From Macrostomum lignano (lineage: Eukaryota), in NCBI GenBank assembly GCA_002269645.1, contig NIVC01000601.1:1-64000 (forward strand): 64,000 nt of DNA, given 5' to 3'. This document shows positions 1 through 14,060 of the stretch, piece by piece. Every line of letters begins with the position of its first letter. Position 1 is the first letter of the stretch. Made by a program: the position numbers and the translations under genes. Below the pieces are notes generated by a model. It searched no databases, was not told the origin of the DNA, and worked only from the letters and a program-made list of their open reading frames with translations.

Positions 1-242
1 GCTCAGAGAAAAGTACTCGGTTACTCTCGCACTCAATTTGCAAGTTGGGTAAAACGATCACACACAAACGCACACACATACCTACCGAAAAACCATTTTT
101 AGTATAGACAAATCTTAGAGATTTAGTATAGGTGGATTTAGTATATTTAGATTAGAGCTGCAGTTGAATAAAATCAAGCGAAGTAAATATTTAACCCTCT
201 CAGTGTGAATGCAATCGTAAAAATTCAACACCTCAAGCTCAC

Positions 243-3200
243 CTACAATCGGTCCGCGTCTATAAGAGAACGCAATGCCCGACCATCAAAGCGTCTGCCA
301 GTTTTAACTCTAATCAGCAGGGGTCCCGTCAGGACAAAGTCCGTTGACGTGGCATTCGCGTCAGTTAGAATGAACAGCAAGTTTTGCTCATCGGCATCGG
401 CGCTTGCTTGATCAGAAATTGCAAAGACTTCAATGAAGCTTCCATCTGCTCCGAGATTTGACCAGTTGAATGCCAGCTTGTAAACATATTTGCCCGGAAT
501 CAGCCACTTATACTCCATCCACTTCTCCATTGTCCTGTTAGCATCGGTTGGGTACTGAATCATTGCAAAACTTTGGGACTGATTGGCGAAACTGAAACTG
601 TTTGAAAATAGCGGGGATCAGAGATGATTGGAAAATGTCAGAGGAAGTGTAAAAAGTGCAATTACCAGTCCTAGGCTCGATGGAATAGGACAAGTCGAAG
701 CCCTGACCGACTAGCCGTTTATCCGTGCTAAACCGGATCAGCACGGGACCAATCAACTTATACGTTGCCGATGTCGCATTCGCCTGTGTCAGTGTGAACC
801 TCAGCTTGCTGTCTTCTGGCTCATCGGTTTCTCCATCAGTCATCTCGTACAACTGGATGATGTCATTTCCGTAGCCAATGTCAGCAGATGTGACAGTGAT
901 GAGGACGAAATTCCTTCTGTTGATGGTCCATCTGTACTCCATCTCGTTAGCGTAAGTCGAGCCAGTCTCTTCGGGACAACTAAAGCTACCAGAGTCATTG
1001 GTCATGGCGACGTGCACTGAAAATGTGAACAAATTTTAAGCATCACATTGCCCACATTGTGCAAAGTTGGAACTTAGTGTCAATCAGCAGATTAATATTA
1101 TCGCAATACAATGTGCAACTAAAGAATTCTCACCACTTCTGATCTGATAATCGAAAACAACTTGACCGCTCGCCGAAGCAGAGTTGTTGGACGAATATAC
1201 AACTGCAAGGATGCCTTTGTGCGTCACGTGATTCGCAAATGGGATCCGTCTCGCACTTTTCTGCATCGCTGGGCTGCTTAGCAGATCCATGTCGCCAGCG
1301 AATATCTCTACAGAAGACGAAGTCGTGATACGGTTAAAGATGAGGTGCGTCAGGAAATCATGAGAACCAGTTGTGCCACAATCCACTTTGTGCTCGAAGG
1401 TCTCGGGAGGACGGTGGATCCTTCCGCTGGATTGCAGAGTCTCATGCCTCTGCTGCCCCTGATTACCTCGGTTGCTGGTGAAGCCTCTGAAAGATTCAGT
1501 TGTGTTTCAGTGCTAATGATTTGGTGGTCTTTGGAATCAAATGACTGAGACGGAGGTTCTGGCCAGATTTTTCTTGGCGATGCAGTCACAATGATGGTAA
1601 ACTCATAATCCTTGAATGAGGGCGTACTTGGATGTAAGAAATCGCTAAGGTGTTAACTTAAAAAGGTGATCTCTGAGTAGGAAGTTTTCTGAATCTTCAA
1701 CAAAACAAGGAATTACCTTCAGCCGAACCATCAGCTGTGTAAGTGAGCTTGAAGTCCCTGCGGCTGCCGTCGCTGTTGGCTGTGAACCGAAGCAGCACAG
1801 GACCGGACAGTCGGAACTCTGACTGGCTGGCACTCGAATCGGACACCACAAATTTCAGATTGTCCTCCGTCTCAGACCTCGTGTTTTGGTACAGGTACAC
1901 TTTGTCCCCAGCAGGAAGATTGATGGAGCTGAACCTGATGCGAACCGTGCCGCTTCTGTCGATGATCCATCGATGGTCCAGGTTGCCATCAGTTGCTTCA
2001 CTTTGCGAGGAGTAACTGATTTCTCCTTCGGCATCACTCAGAGAAACTGAAATTCGTGGCAGGCGTTTAGGAGGTCAAATCTAAAGGTCAAAGCGGCCTG
2101 CTTTGAACTATAAGATGCAATAAGAGGAAAGGGTGGAACTCTTTAGATGACAAAGACACAGCAGACTTCGGACTCAACTCACCATTCCCAACGGAGTAGG
2201 TGAACCTCAAGCCGAATCTGTCTCCGCTGGCTCCAGTTCTCAGCACCACGGTGACGAATCCGCTCGCTCTCAGGGTCTTCCTCTCGCCAAGTAGGCCAGT
2301 CTGACTGAATATGGGAGACTCGCTGAGCCTGGGCTCAACTCCCGTGTACACACTGACTGTATCGCCATGCGGCTGGCCTCCCTCGGCATCAAAGAGCTGC
2401 AGCTCAACCGTCTGTTGAGGGCTCACAGCGATGGACCAGGCTCTCGATGAGCCCACTGGTCCTCTGGACGGATAAATTGCTTTGCTTCCCTCAATGTTTT
2501 TGATGAGTTCAGTCGGCGTTGGTAGTTCTGGAATAATGCGAGGGTAAATATGAGTCCAGCTCTTATCCGGCCATTAGCAAACAGTGAAAGGTAAGAGTGC
2601 TGGCGATACTAAGAATGTGTTCGCTGGATAAGTTTGTTACACTGAACAGGGCAAATAATCATCGTTTCCTATCGGAGACACTATTATTATCCGCTGTCGT
2701 GTATTCTGTGGTGACAGCCCGCCCAGTTTTGTCTATCCGCCCTACATGCTATTGCTGAACAGAAACACGGTCCAAATTATCGTTGTCATTTCTGCGGTTG
2801 AAATATCCCATAAACTGGATGAATTAGTTTAGAAATAATTTTTCATTGATTTGACCAATAATGGAGCCACTGAGTCACCAACGGCAGTGCGAACCGCATT
2901 AAAAACTGAAGTACAGTAAAAAGACGCTAAATCGATTTTCCCAGTAATGAGCTGAAGGTAAGGAACACACAGTACGAGTATAATTGTCGCATCGCTAGTG
3001 CTTTTGCTCTCAAGAAGTCGGATTTTTCTAGCGCAAAGTTTTTTCGACCGAATTATTCTATAGCGAAAGCCCCTTCAGAGCCGTGCCCTCTAGCGATTCG
3101 GAAAATATTCGGTCTTTACAAGCGTGCACCTCATTTCTAAAAAAATCGAGTGTGCCGTTCACTTCAGTTGTCCATGGCAAACCGACCTTAAGCATATCAA

Positions 3201-6200
3201 GCGTCTGTACACATTGAATGCTCTGTAATGAAGGCGTGTTTATACTTATTAAACGTGTTTGAGCAGTTGAACAATCATGTATCTGGGACTCAAAAGTTTA
3301 TTTACAATATTTCCTATAAATGATGAATAAATGGAAAATGATCATATTTTACCTTCGCTCCCGCTCTGATACGACAGCTTGAAGATGTTGCCACTGACCC
3401 GCTTTGTGGTGACTTGAACCAGCACGGGACCTCTGAGCCTGAACTCTACAGAGGTCGCATTCGTCATTGACCTGTGCTCAGAGACGAAGGCCAGCCTGTC
3501 CTCGCTGGGGTCAGCAGTCATCTCGTACAGTCTGACAATATCTGCGTGAGACAGCTTCAGCGAGACCCAGCCTTGACGATCAATGAGCCACCTGTAGTCA
3601 GTCTCGAGGTCATACTTCATCTCTTCTTCCGCAGGAAGCTGCTCGCCTTCAGAGCAGACAACATCGGCTTTTTCGTCTGTCAGGTTTCTCGATTTTACTA
3701 AAACGGTTTCATTCAGAGCGTACTGAGGAATGTTACGAATATTAAAGATGTAAATAAGTAGTTTGACGGAAACAGTAACATCACTTTCTGTTTGTTTTGT
3801 TTTGATTTGTTTTGTCACTCTCTGTAAATTTTTACTGACTAAATATTTAATTAACAACAACTTACTTCTGCTGTCAAGAGCCGAGTAAGATAAGTTGAAG
3901 CCCGCCCCGATGATACTAATGTCAGTAACGAATTGGATCAGCACCGGACCAACGACATGAGCTGTTTTGTTATCACTTGTCACGGTAAACCCTTTCTTAG
4001 AATCCTGAGCATCTTCAAAAAGCTGAGTCTTCTCATAGAAACTAATTTTATCGATTCCCGTTTCAACGTCATACGAGTCAACCTTCATCTCGAGCAGGCT
4101 CAGATCGCCGATCCACCAGGCGTACGTTTTGTTGTTTAAATAGTAACCGCTGCCGAAGTTCTCTGGGCATTGAAGCTTTCCTGAGTCGACTGAAAAGGCA
4201 TCGAAAATTGAATAGACGCCAGATGCTTTGCATTGGCTCAAATGTAGACCCACCTTGCGTGCTAAAATTCAACTTAAATAACAATAATTAACATTACCAA
4301 TTACTGTAAACAGTAATGAGAGTATCTGGAACTCAGGAATTCGAAACTCACCCACGTATCGATCGAGATAATAATCGATTATAAAGCCTCTTGACGCGTT
4401 CTGATGATCAGTTTTAAATCGGATCAACGCAGGTCCAACCAAAACATACTTTATTGAGCTCCAGCTGTCTCCAGTCAGTGCGTATTTTCTGTTCTCAGGC
4501 TGCGGTTCCGCCGAAGAGTCAGTCTTTTCATAGAATTCAAGCACATCGTTTGCGTCCTGAATGCCCATGCTTCTAACTGTCAAAAAGACAACTCTGCTCG
4601 ATGGAATGTACCAACGATAGTCCATCTGATGCTCGTAGGCTTCATACTCTTCATTCGGACACCTGATGCTGCCCGAATCGTTTAGCAGATTACGGGAAAC
4701 TAAAAATGTAAAAGAAGTGGCTTGGTGGAGAAACACCCACGTGCATTGAAAACCAAGCGTCACAATACGCAAAGCTGCAAAATTTTACACCGTGAACTCA
4801 AAATTTTAAACTAAGGAAATGCATAAAACACCAAAATGGCTCACGAGTTCGTTCCTCAACAGTATAAGACAAACTGAAGCCTTTGCCAACAAGAGACTCA
4901 TCCGTGCTAAACCGGATCAGCACGGGACCAATCAACTTATACGTTGCCGATGTCGCATTCGCCTGCGTCAGTGTGAACCTCAGCTTGCTGTCTTCTGGCT
5001 CATCGGTTTCTCCATCAGTCATCTCGTACAACTGGATGATGTCATTTCCGTAGCCAATGTCAGCAGATGTGACAGTGATGAGGACGAAATTCCTTCTGTT
5101 GATGGTCCATCTGTACTCCATCTCGTTAGCGTAAGTCAAGCTGGATTCCTCTGGACAGCGAAGGCTTCCAGAGTCCTCGCTAAGGTAGCGATGCACTGAA
5201 AGGAAGTAAGGTTTATGGTCTCACCATGGTCTCACGGTGCACTGAAAAGGGCAAGAGCTCACCGTTTCTGATTTGATAATCGAATTGAAAGACCAAATCA
5301 GTACAGCGGTCAATAATACTAGACTCTTCTATCTGTTCCCAGTAAACGGAAACAGGTCCACCTTTACTGATGTGCTGTGTCAGTCCACTGAACTGAGCCT
5401 CAAAGCTATCATTGGAGAGTCTCTGAGTAAGCCAATTTCCAGCATAAACGAACCAACCGCAGGTATACGAATCGTAAAATTCAAAAAATTCTTCTTCTTT
5501 GAAAAGAATATGAACGGTGAATTCATGACTCGGCTTTGGCGCAATGACCCAAACAATTTTTGCTCTTTCAGTCCTGTCGGTGGTATCAAATTTAGGGAAG
5601 CTCCATCTGGTACCTCGACTGCTCTTCACTACTTCAACCGCATTTTCCACTGCAAGAAGGTTTGATTGGGATAAAAATGGTTTACGATTACGTACATTTA
5701 GTTTTAGTTTTAATATGCACGCGACTTCTCAAAAGGCTTACACTTCAAATCGGGATCTGACTGATATGCCAGCCGGAAGCTTCTCGGGCTGCCGTCTCCC
5801 GCTGCCGTGATGCGAATTAAAACAGATCCTCTCAGCCAGAACTCCGACTCGCTGGCACTCGCATCTGCTAGCACAAATCTTCTCTTGAGCTCATCCTTGG
5901 ACGTGGTGTTTTCGTACAGATGAAGCTTGTCTCCGTCCTGGAGATTGAGGGAACGAACATTGATGCGAACAGAACCGCTGCTTTGAATGATCCAGCTGTA
6001 ATCCATGTCCAAGTCGAAAGCTGAACTATCCGACGAGTTTTGAGGGAACCTGATTTCTCCCGATCGTCCTGACAGTAAAACTTTAAGTGCAAAGAAGAAT
6101 AGATCATGCAATGCAGACTAAAGTAGTATGAATATATTTTTGCATTAGTTATTGTTAAAAAATGAAAACAAAGTATGTATAATTACCGTTTTTCACTGAA

Positions 6201-9200
6201 TACTGGAGGCCGAACCCTCGCTTTGCTTCATTGGCGTCGGTTCTCAGCACCACGGTGACGAATCCGCTCGCTCTCAGGGTCTTCCTCTCGCCAAGTAGGC
6301 CAGTCTGACTGAATATGGGAGACTCGCTGAGCCTGGGCTCAACTCCCGTGTACACACTGACTGTATCGCCATGCGGCTGGCCTCCCTCGGCATCAAAGAG
6401 CTGCAGCTCCACAGTCTGTTGAGGGCTCACAGCGATGGACCAGGCTCTCGCAGAACTCGGTCCGCAGCTGCTTCGACCATCAGGCATGAGGCAGCCCTGC
6501 AGTCCGTCCAAGTTTCGCAAAAGCGCAGTTGTCATCGATAAATCTGCAGGGAAGTTATTTAGAAAAGTCACTGTTCCTATCTAGAGATACAAATTGTGAA
6601 ATTGATTGTCGCTTTCAGATTGCCTCACTTTGTCGGTTGACACTGAACGTCGCCCCGAACGGCACTATCGTCGGCCTCATCCTTCGCGATTGAAGCCGAA
6701 CAACTGCTGGGCCTCTTAGTTTGAACTCGGTAGACATCAAATCGCTGAGCGGTGCATCAGTCAGGGAGAACACGCGACTCCTTGGAGTTGGGATCTTCGT
6801 CCTCTCGTGCAGCTCTAGCTTGTCGCAACCGCTTAGCAATTGAGCCTGCACGAATCGAATGCTGACCGCCGCTGTTGTGTCGACGACCCACCTTCGGTCA
6901 ATCTCCATGTCGTAGCCATCAGTATCGCAGACATCCAGCCCAATGGCATTCCTCAAGTTGCTTGACTGCACTCCAATTTCACCTTGAGTCTGTGTCAGAA
7001 CACTGGATATTACTAAAATATTATAGAAACCGTGCATTATTTCAGACAATAGAAAATACCAAAGACGCGTAAGATGGGATCAAAAACATCAAAGTGACAT
7101 CAGCATACCGAATTGGTCTCCTATTTCATAGGAAAAGTTTAGAGCTCTTTGCATTGGTCGACCAGCTGTAACTAACTTGATCATACCAGGTCCGATCAGT
7201 CTGTATGTAGATGAAGTAGCATTCCCCTTCGTCAGTGTAATGTTTGCAGCTGACGAGTCCTTTCTCCATAACTGGATTTTGTCGCAGCAGTCTGAGATTT
7301 CCACCCCACTGAATTTGACTGCCACAGCTGCCTTTCGGTCGATTTTCCAAATGTAGTTTACCTGGGCTTTGGTGAATGATGGCGGGTTCACCCACCGAAC
7401 TTCACCCGAGTCTCCTGACAGACCTGAAAGTTCGAATTCAACTTTTAACTTGTCTTATGAAGCAGCTTTCATAAATATAAATATAATGAACTACTGTTTG
7501 CTTGAATACATAAATTTTTTATTTTTGAAACGAGCCAGGTAAGAAAATGCAGAAATCTATCATGAACTCCTAAATTCTAATTAAAATCAAATTACGACGT
7601 ATAATCAAACTTTGATAAAAAAATACTATACTAATTATTTCTTACTTGAGGTTTCTTCTAGATAGTATGTCATGCGAAACCCGTCACGATTGCCACTGCC
7701 GTCAGTTTTGAACCTGATGAGCACTGGTCCCTTCAAGGTGTATGTTTCACCGTATCCGCTCCCTGTAAGCCTGTACTTTCGTTTATTTTCGTCAGGCTTC
7801 TCATGCACCGGTGAGTTTTCGTACAAGCCGATCCAATCATAATTACTCTCAGTATCATAGCGAATGAACGTAAGCACCACCGTTTTCTGCTCATAGATGC
7901 TCCACTCGTAGTCAACGTTGTTATCGTACTTAGAGTATCCATAGTTCTCCGGATATGAAAGGTTTCCACTGTCCACTGAAAGGATTTAAGGAAAATATAA
8001 TAACGAGTAAAAAGCGGTTGTTTAGTATGTGCAGACAAAATATTCCCAGAAAGACTGAAAGCTTTTAGGCAATTATGTGCTAACAAACTTCATGGAAACA
8101 TTGCGAATTGATGCTTACAGATTTTGCTGCCAGCCTGATAGTAGAGCTGGAAGCCGGGAGCAGTAACTTGAGAGTTCGTTCTGAACCGGATGAGCACTGG
8201 TCCGACCAGCGTAATATTCGACGCTTCTGCAGCCTCCTGAGTCACATTGAGCTTCCATCTCCGCCGATCTGGCTCTCCACTCTCATCGACCTTCTCATAG
8301 AACTCGATGGTGTCTTGAATGTCAATAAAGTCGAACCGAATGACAATGATGCTTTTTCGATTGATTGTCCATCGATAGTCCATGAACTTCTCATAGTTCA
8401 CCAGTGCGGTCTCGGGGCAGAAAATATTGCCGGAGTCATAATTTAATATTCGGTGTACTGCAAACGTTAATGAGAACATGTCTACACAGTAAGTTTTATT
8501 CGAGCTATAATCATCTCTCAGTTAGTAGCTTAAAGAGAATTCTATCTAAAGAACTGGAATTCTTGATATCCACTAGAATCCACTTGTTTACTACGAGCCA
8601 AAATTCCAGTTCACAACCATGCAACTGGCTGTGCACTGTTTATACTTTCTTCGAAAAAACATGCATGTGAAACCGTAAGTTTTATCTTCAAACAACATGG
8701 TCGCATTTCGATAGGATAAGAATCGGCAATTTGATAAGACCCTAAAGTCACAACTCAATGAAATGAACATACTGAGATAAGAATCGGCAATTCGATAAGA
8801 CCCTAAAGTCACAACTCAATGAAATGAACATACTGAGATAAGAATCGGCAATTCGATAAGACCCTAAAGTCACAACTCAATGAAATGAACATGCTGAGAT
8901 AAGAATCGACAATTCAATAAGACCCTAAAGTCACAACTCAATGAAATGAACATACTGAGATAAGAATCGGCAATTTGATGAGACCCTAAAGTCACAACTC
9001 AATGAAATGAACATACTGAGATAAGAATCGGCAATTCGATAAGACCCTAAAGTCACAACTCAATGAAATGAACATACTGAGATAAGAATCGGCAATTCGA
9101 TAAGACCCTAAAGTCACAACTCAATGAAATGAACATACTGAGATAAGAATCGGCAATTCGATAAGACCCTAAAGTCACAACTCAATGAAATGAACATGCT

Positions 9201-12200
9201 GAGATAAGAATCGACAATTCAATAAGACCCTAAAGTCACAACTCAATGAAATGAACATACTGAGATAAGAATCGGCAATTTGATGAGACCCTAAAGTCAC
9301 AACTCAATGAAATGAACATACTGAGATAAGAATCGGCAATTTGATGAGACCCTAAAGTCACAACTCAATGAAATGAACATGCTGAGATAAGAATCGGCAA
9401 TTTGATGAGACCCTAAAGTCACAACTCAATGAAATGAACATGCTGAGATAAGAATCGGCAATTTGATGAGACCCAAAAGATATAACTCAATGAATTGATA
9501 TTCTGACTTACAAGTCCGCTCTTTAGTAGTGTAGGACAGATTGAATCCCTGACCAACAAAATCTTTGCCCGGGACGAAACGGACCATGACTGGACCCGGA
9601 ATTCGGTAGGCCCCCCGTGCTGTAGCATTCGACTGAGTCAGAACGAACTTCAGCTTGGCCTGCTGTGGCTCGTCGGTCAAATAGGCTTCCTCGTACAGCT
9701 CGATGACGCCACTCCCAATGTCCACTGTTGAGACCTCGATAACAACTAAGTTAAGCCGGTTGATTGTCCATCTGTACTCCATTTCGCTCTCTAAGGTCTC
9801 ACCAGACACTTGAGGACAGCGAATTGAACCCGAGTCTTTTACGAGAGGCTCTTGAGCTGAAAAGAAGAAAGAAAAAATGCTCTTAGCTGCTTGCAAGTGA
9901 AATAAAATTTGACTAAAATCTGAAAGCGCTTTGAGTATTTTAATAAGCATCATAGCATTTTGCAATAAAATGACTACTCATAGAAGACAAAGACTGTATC
10001 ATTAGATAAAAATGCCAACATTCATTACCGTTCATTAACTGAAACTTGAACTCTCGCTGAGATCTAATGAAGCTCAAAGCCCGTGGTCGATAAACAACAG
10101 TGAGAGGACCGTTGTACCTGACGATGCTCGCATACGGGATCCGCTGGAGTGGCTCAGAATTCGACAAGCTGGTGACGGCTCCCTCATAGAGACTTATTGC
10201 GATTCCTGACTCCACTGGCAGCTCTGGCAGGTACAGCAGAACTGAGCGCCCGGGCTTGGCTGCAATGACCCATGCAGTAGGCGACCCGTTCTCGGGGATA
10301 AGAGCTCTCGAGCCTCGATAGCTGTCAATCAGCTCAACAGCCATGTCGGTATCTGCAGTGTCACACAAGCAGTCGCGTCAATCGCATATCTATGCTTGTC
10401 ACCTAAGAGATAACAATTCAATTTTTAGGAAATTATCACTCACTGCCCGACTGGTCAGCTGCATACGACAGTCGAAAGTCTCTCGACTGACCGTCTCCGC
10501 TGGCAACTAATCGAATCATGACGGGACCGGACAGACGGAACTCCGACTCTCTGGAGCTCGCATTGGTCACCAGGAATCTCAGAGCCGCTTCGTCCTCAGA
10601 CGTTGTGTTCTCGTAGATGTACAGCTTGCCATTGGGACGGAGGCTTATGGAGGCGAATCGGATGCTGAGTCTGATGTCTCTGCTAATGAACCAGCGGTAG
10701 TCAATGTCGCTGTTGAACTCCGCTGAGCCCTTCGGGAACCCGATCTGTCCACTCGGTTCCGCTTGAGGAGCTTAATGAAGGTGAGAAAATATTACCGATT
10801 TAGTTTTAGTTACCAACAGAGCTGCTGAAATTTGCGTAGTCAGTGCCTTGACTGTGTATATTCTGCTTCACTTTTACCTGACTCATGCATTTGGCTGTTA
10901 TGCCCTACATCACATTATATGCTAAGCTTTTCGTTGCACTTCGATTATCATAGTTCAAAACGATTCTTACTGCTGTATACAGTGTAGGAGAGACCGAGCC
11001 CACGTCGTGATCGTCTGGCTTCTGTCGTCAGCACCACAGTGACGAATCCGTTCGCTCTCACGGTCTTCCTCTCACCAAGTAGTCCAGTCTGACTGAATAT
11101 CGGGGACTCGCTCAGCACAGGACGAACCCCATTATATACGCCTATCGTATCCGTATGAAGCTGACTTCCCTCGGCATCAAATAGCTCGAGCTCAACGATT
11201 TGCTGGGGATTCACGGCGATAGACCATGCTCTTGTTGTGACATTGCTCACAGCGATGTCGGCACCTTTACTTTGGTAACAGATTCTCTCTCCTTTTTCAT
11301 TTTTGATTATTTCAGTAGGCATTTCCAGATCTGAAGCGACAATGGAATCATCATTGTAATAGTCTAAGAACGGAGTCACCCTAAACTTTAGTGATTCGTT
11401 TTAAGTCTAGAATTACCTCCGTCGCTGCTTCTGTAGGACAGCCTAAAAACTCGTCCCCTTGTCTGTGTCTTCTTAACCAGCACCAGCACCGGGCCGAACA
11501 GTCGGAAACGCGACGTCCCTTCTCTCTCTTTCGGTCCGTTGGTAAAGACGGGCTCCTTGTCGGGGGTTGTCGTCATCTGGTAGATCCGAGCGAGGTCAGA
11601 GAAGGACAGCTTGAGGTCGATTCTCCCGGGTCGGTCAATGAGCCATCTGTATTCAATGCTAACATTGCTGTCTCGATCCGAGACTTCCAGCTCTGAGCAG
11701 ATTGCGTCGTCGCTGGGCTCGGTGAAAGTTCTGAATCGAACTAAAATTGCGAAAATAGGGTAGTTTTTCAACTATCAGCTCATTGCTTTGATATTACTTA
11801 TACTATTTACCACTTATACTAATACGTATACTTATCCTACTTATCCAAGCTTTTTTTCAGTATAGGAAGCCTTCATTAAATACATGCAGACAGTAGCCAA
11901 CGTTAACAACGTTACTCACCCAAAGATTCCTCAAGCGTGTAGGTTAGGTTGAATCCCCTCTTTGCGACGCTACTATCTGTCTTAAATCGAATTAGCACAG
12001 GAGCAATGAGCACAAGCGCTTGGGATGTAGCGTTATTCGGATTGATTCGGAATTTCGGATTCCTGCGATACGATACTTCGAGGTCGTCCGTACCCTCGAA
12101 AATCTCCAAGCGGTCATATGGGGTCTCCAGTTCCGCAAAGTGGAATCGGATGGCTACAGCCTTCGGCCCGCGAATGGTCCAGTTGTAGACTTTTGAGTTC

Positions 12201-13138
12201 TCATAGACGGCGCCGGGCTGCCCAAAGTTTTCCGGACATTGAATTGTGCCAGTGTCGGCCGGGACTGAAACTGTGGATCAGGGACCACATCAGCACTTGG
12301 ATGAACATAGCTGAGCTGACAGAACTGCTTTAATTGCAAAACAGTCTAGAACTTTTGATGGGTCTGTAAACTTTGATTGACTCATCTTGACTGTCAGTCA
12401 ACACTTCAACTGCTAAAAATTTACTGCTGGTCCTAACCTATTATTGAAGTAAATCATCGGCAGAGAAACGTCAGGAACCAAATTCTGACTGTTCTTGATG
12501 ATGGCAACACAATACATATATTCCCTTGATAGCTTCTGATTATAGATTTCTTAACACTGATTTAAACTTTTTAACATTCATTTCGATGCGGGCTCGTGTT
12601 TGAATGTAACCAATATTACGTGAGTTCAAATCATCATTGTTGTCTGGACTTTAAGGCCCGGACTGATTATACTGAATATTACCGATTTTTCGCGGCAGAC
12701 ACAATAACTTGCTGTCTTGAACGCAGACAAATCTGTAGTACATCCACTTGTACTACAGATAGCTGATGTTGAATAAAAGTGTCAAATACAGTCATCAATG
12801 ATCTTAAAAATGACTGTGCAATGTTCATCCGAACTCTTGACTAAAATCGTGGAACAAATGAAGAGCTAAAAAATCGAGGGCAATAGAACATCCACAATCA
12901 CATTGCGGTCAGTCAGTCAGTCGCAAATCTGACTTGATCAGAGGCTGCAGTTCTCAGTCCATAGCATTAGGATGTTGAAATATTGGCGTCAACAATCAGA
13001 CTCACCCGCTACAGCAGAGCCGGTTTCAAATGCCAAGAGGCTGCCTAGAAAGGCGGTGAGTAGCAGTTGCAGCAAATCCATTTGCTGGTTGCTGCACAAG
13101 AATTTCTTAGGGCTCCGGTGCTGCAGCTTGACCAGCAT
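243..13138 (-). CDS. Multi-exon secreted or cell-surface protein with about 22 tandem degenerate CUB-like modules; 3' end lies beyond the left edge of the window
   Basis: Signal-peptide exon 13006-13081/13138 (MDLLQLLLTAFLGSLLAFETGSAVA, phase-1 donor GTGAGT). It is followed by exons of about 330-390 bp at approximately 11917-12270, 11400-11730, 10970-11330, 10440-10770, 10030-10350, 9530-9860, 8115-8460, 7640-7975, 7110-7425, 6625-7010, 6190-6545, 5740-6075, 5260-5655, 4840-5195, 4350-4700, 3870-4200, 3350-3690, 2190-2530, 1720-2045, 1130-1470, 660-1015 and 243-560. Most carry CUB-type motifs (SG.I.cP..Y.N...Y.W.I, D.le.ye, GPVLIRF.TD.S....GF.L.Y). Many N-glycosylation sequons. Confidence 0.8.
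8713..9474. repeat. Intronic minisatellite, 61-bp unit, about 12.5 copies
   Basis: Unit GAGATAAGAATCGGCAATTCGATAAGACCCTAAAGTCACAACTCAATGAAATGAACATACT; consecutive starts at 8774 and 8835. Confidence 0.95.
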
Positions 13139-13920
13139 AATATTTATAAACTTTTAAAGCCCAGGGACCTCGTGAAGCTCCGGAAATTCCATAGCCATGT
13201 TTACGTGTGTTTTCAGCTTTTTGTGAGCCCTGGACACACCTCGGGTTGTACTCGTAGCAGGGGTAGGCCATCTCGGTGCGATCTTAATGATAAAATATGC
13301 CAAAATCACGCGTGTTGAATGCAAAAGCTGCGGCGATGAAAAGCTTTCATTAGACTGCATCGCGACTTTTGTGTTGGCGAAGTAACTTTGTATTGCACCC
13401 CCGGTGACCCTTTGATTGTAGAGCCATGGTTTGACCCCTCATATAAATGAACAAGCATCGATTGTGAAAATGGCAAATATGGAATAACACTATCATTTAT
13501 AGACAGTATCACATATCAGTGACAGAATCGCTCCGGTAGTTATGATTTGTAACTGGTACTGCTGCTATCTTGAAATATTTGCAGTAGGGTTGTGGCCCAA
13601 AAATCGGAATGTGGCCCAACAATTGGTTTGCTTCCGTTCAATACATAATTTATGTCAAATTAAATTAAGCACGTCAAATTTTTTATTGTTTTTTGTCAGT
13701 CAGTGATACTTTGTCAATGAAAATTTAAAAAATTCATAATTCGAGAAACAACTATTAACTGTTGGCTACGCTAAAAAACAAAAACGAAAGTTGGCTGCAG
13801 CTGTGAGTCAGAGACAGGTGTGGATACGGAGTTTAAAATACATAATTCTATGGGAATTCATACAATTCGCGAATTCCCGAAAATCACGTTCCAGAATTCC
13901 GTCTTGAACCCGATCCCGAA

Positions 13921-14060
13921 AAAGTCGACTGCCTGCTGACTGATGCCGGCGCCCTGGACACTGCCGGCGGTGCGTCCTACGTTTGCACCCAGGCCCTGAA
14001 ACGCGTCCTGTGACATTGTCTCCGCTTGACTGGCTGACAACGTATTTTGTTTTTATTTTT
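13921..14060 (+). mobile_element. 5'-truncated 3' end of an RTE-clade LINE
   Basis: Encodes KVDCLLTDAGALDTAGGASYVCTQALKRVL*, homologous to the C-terminus of the RTE copy at 16828-17060 (FVDCLLADAGAP...). The two copies share the 3'UTR motif CTGACA(A/G)CGTATTTTGTT(T/G)TTATT. Confidence 0.7.

Noticed and set aside
13858-14040. Calponin-repeat-like peptide (GLGANVGRTAG) on the minus strand
   Set aside because: It is the antisense reading of an RTE 3' fragment.
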